This document shows positions 63,443 through 64,000 of a stretch of DNA of 64,000 nt, piece by piece. Position 1 is the first letter of the stretch. Each line of letters begins with the position of its first letter. The stretch is from an uncultured Chloroflexia bacterium (GTDB lineage: Bacteria > Chloroflexota > Limnocylindria > Limnocylindrales > CSP1-4): assembly GCA_963813535.1 (NCBI GenBank), contig CAWEZH010000003.1, positions 928,001 to 992,000 on the forward strand. Direction: 5' to 3'. The notes under the pieces were generated by a model that saw only the letters and a program-made list of their open reading frames with translations, did no database searches and had not been told where the DNA came from. Made by a program: the position numbers and the translations under genes.

Positions 63443-64000
63443 GTGTCGCGAGAGACGGGAACGGACGCCCCGGGGTCGGGCTCCGACGAAGAGTCACCCC
63501 GCGAATCCCCGCCGTTGCGCGGGACGAAGATCCATGCCCCCCGCCGCCACCGGGACACCATCCACCGGACACGATTGACGGACGTGCTGCGCGCCGCCCG
63601 ACCGTCCTCGGTGCTCGTGGTGGCCCCGGCGGGTTTCGGCAAGACGTCCATCCTGGCCGACTGGGCCGAGATCGACGGGCGACCGTTTGCCTGGCTCTCG
63701 CTCGGCACGGCGGACAACGATCGCATGGTGTTGTGGGCCTACATCGCCGCGGCCCTGACAGCCGCCGGGGGTATGTCGTGGACCAGCGACGAGCTCTCGG
63801 CGATCGCCAGGGTGCCCGATCCGGTCGGCGTCGTCATCGCCCACTTGAGGACCGACCAGGAGATGGTCTTGGTCCTCGACGACTACCACGCCATCGAGAG
63901 CGAGGCGTGCCATGAGTCCGTGCTGCGCTTCATCGAGCTCGCGCCAGCCAACCTGCAAGTCGCGATCTCATCCCGGACCGCAGTGCCACTCCCGCTGGCG
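63443..64000 (+). CDS. MalT-like STAND ATPase/LuxR regulator, N-terminal part (runs off window)
   Basis: Not in the ORF track. GTG 63443 after GAGGA gives ...TKIHAP..R.RL..VVAPAGFGKTS...AWLSL..DND...LVLDDYH...SRT..PLPLA. Confidence 0.88.
   Translation, partial: MSRETGTDAPGSGSDEESPRESPPLRGTKIHAPRRHRDTIHRTRLTDVLRAARPSSVLVVAPAGFGKTSILADWAEIDGRPFAWLSLGTADNDRMVLWAYIAAALTAAGGMSWTSDELSAIARVPDPVGVVIAHLRTDQEMVLVLDDYHAIESEACHESVLRFIELAPANLQVAISSRTAVPLPLA

Noticed and set aside
47500-64000. Prophage, IS or integrative element bounding the sulfatase block
   Set aside because: No integrase, transposase, tRNA or terminal/direct repeats are seen within the window.

Overview
This is a very GC-rich bacterial chromosomal segment. 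The gene repertoire and protein style suggest a Chloroflexota (possibly Limnocylindria/Ellin6529-like) genome, but that is inference. About 60 CDSs are recognisable. Housekeeping and metabolic genes include folK, kynU, glpX, purH, rsmG, hpt, holB and acyP. Other blocks are an hspR-lon-dnaJ(cbpA)-clpB-Nudix heat-shock operon, a KimA/YdaO-USP-TrkA-TrkA potassium module, csoR, a CGNR regulator with an FtsX/ABC exporter, a livKHMGF transporter, and a ~16 kb accessory block with two cytoplasmic arylsulfatases, FGE, several transporters and a MalT-like regulator. I saw no rRNA, tRNA, CRISPR array or transposase. About nine single-base indels break or fuse genes and look like long-read errors. The most notable observations are: (i) an NYN/LabA ribonuclease with a ~460-aa RNase E-like disordered tail carrying RGG tracts, short folded-looking motifs and PKRR repeats, a possible degradosome or condensate scaffold; (ii) an unannotated ~230-nt highly structured intergenic RNA candidate at 10869-11101; (iii) a HAIR-geometry operator with altered sequence (CTTGACA-N7-TGTCAGG) over the hspR promoter; (iv) a nested-stem 5' leader before livK; (v) a surface protein with four YbaY domains and a Pro/Thr stalk; (vi) two unexplained PD-(D/E)XK-like genes coupled to housekeeping genes; (vii) frequent leaderless promoters.
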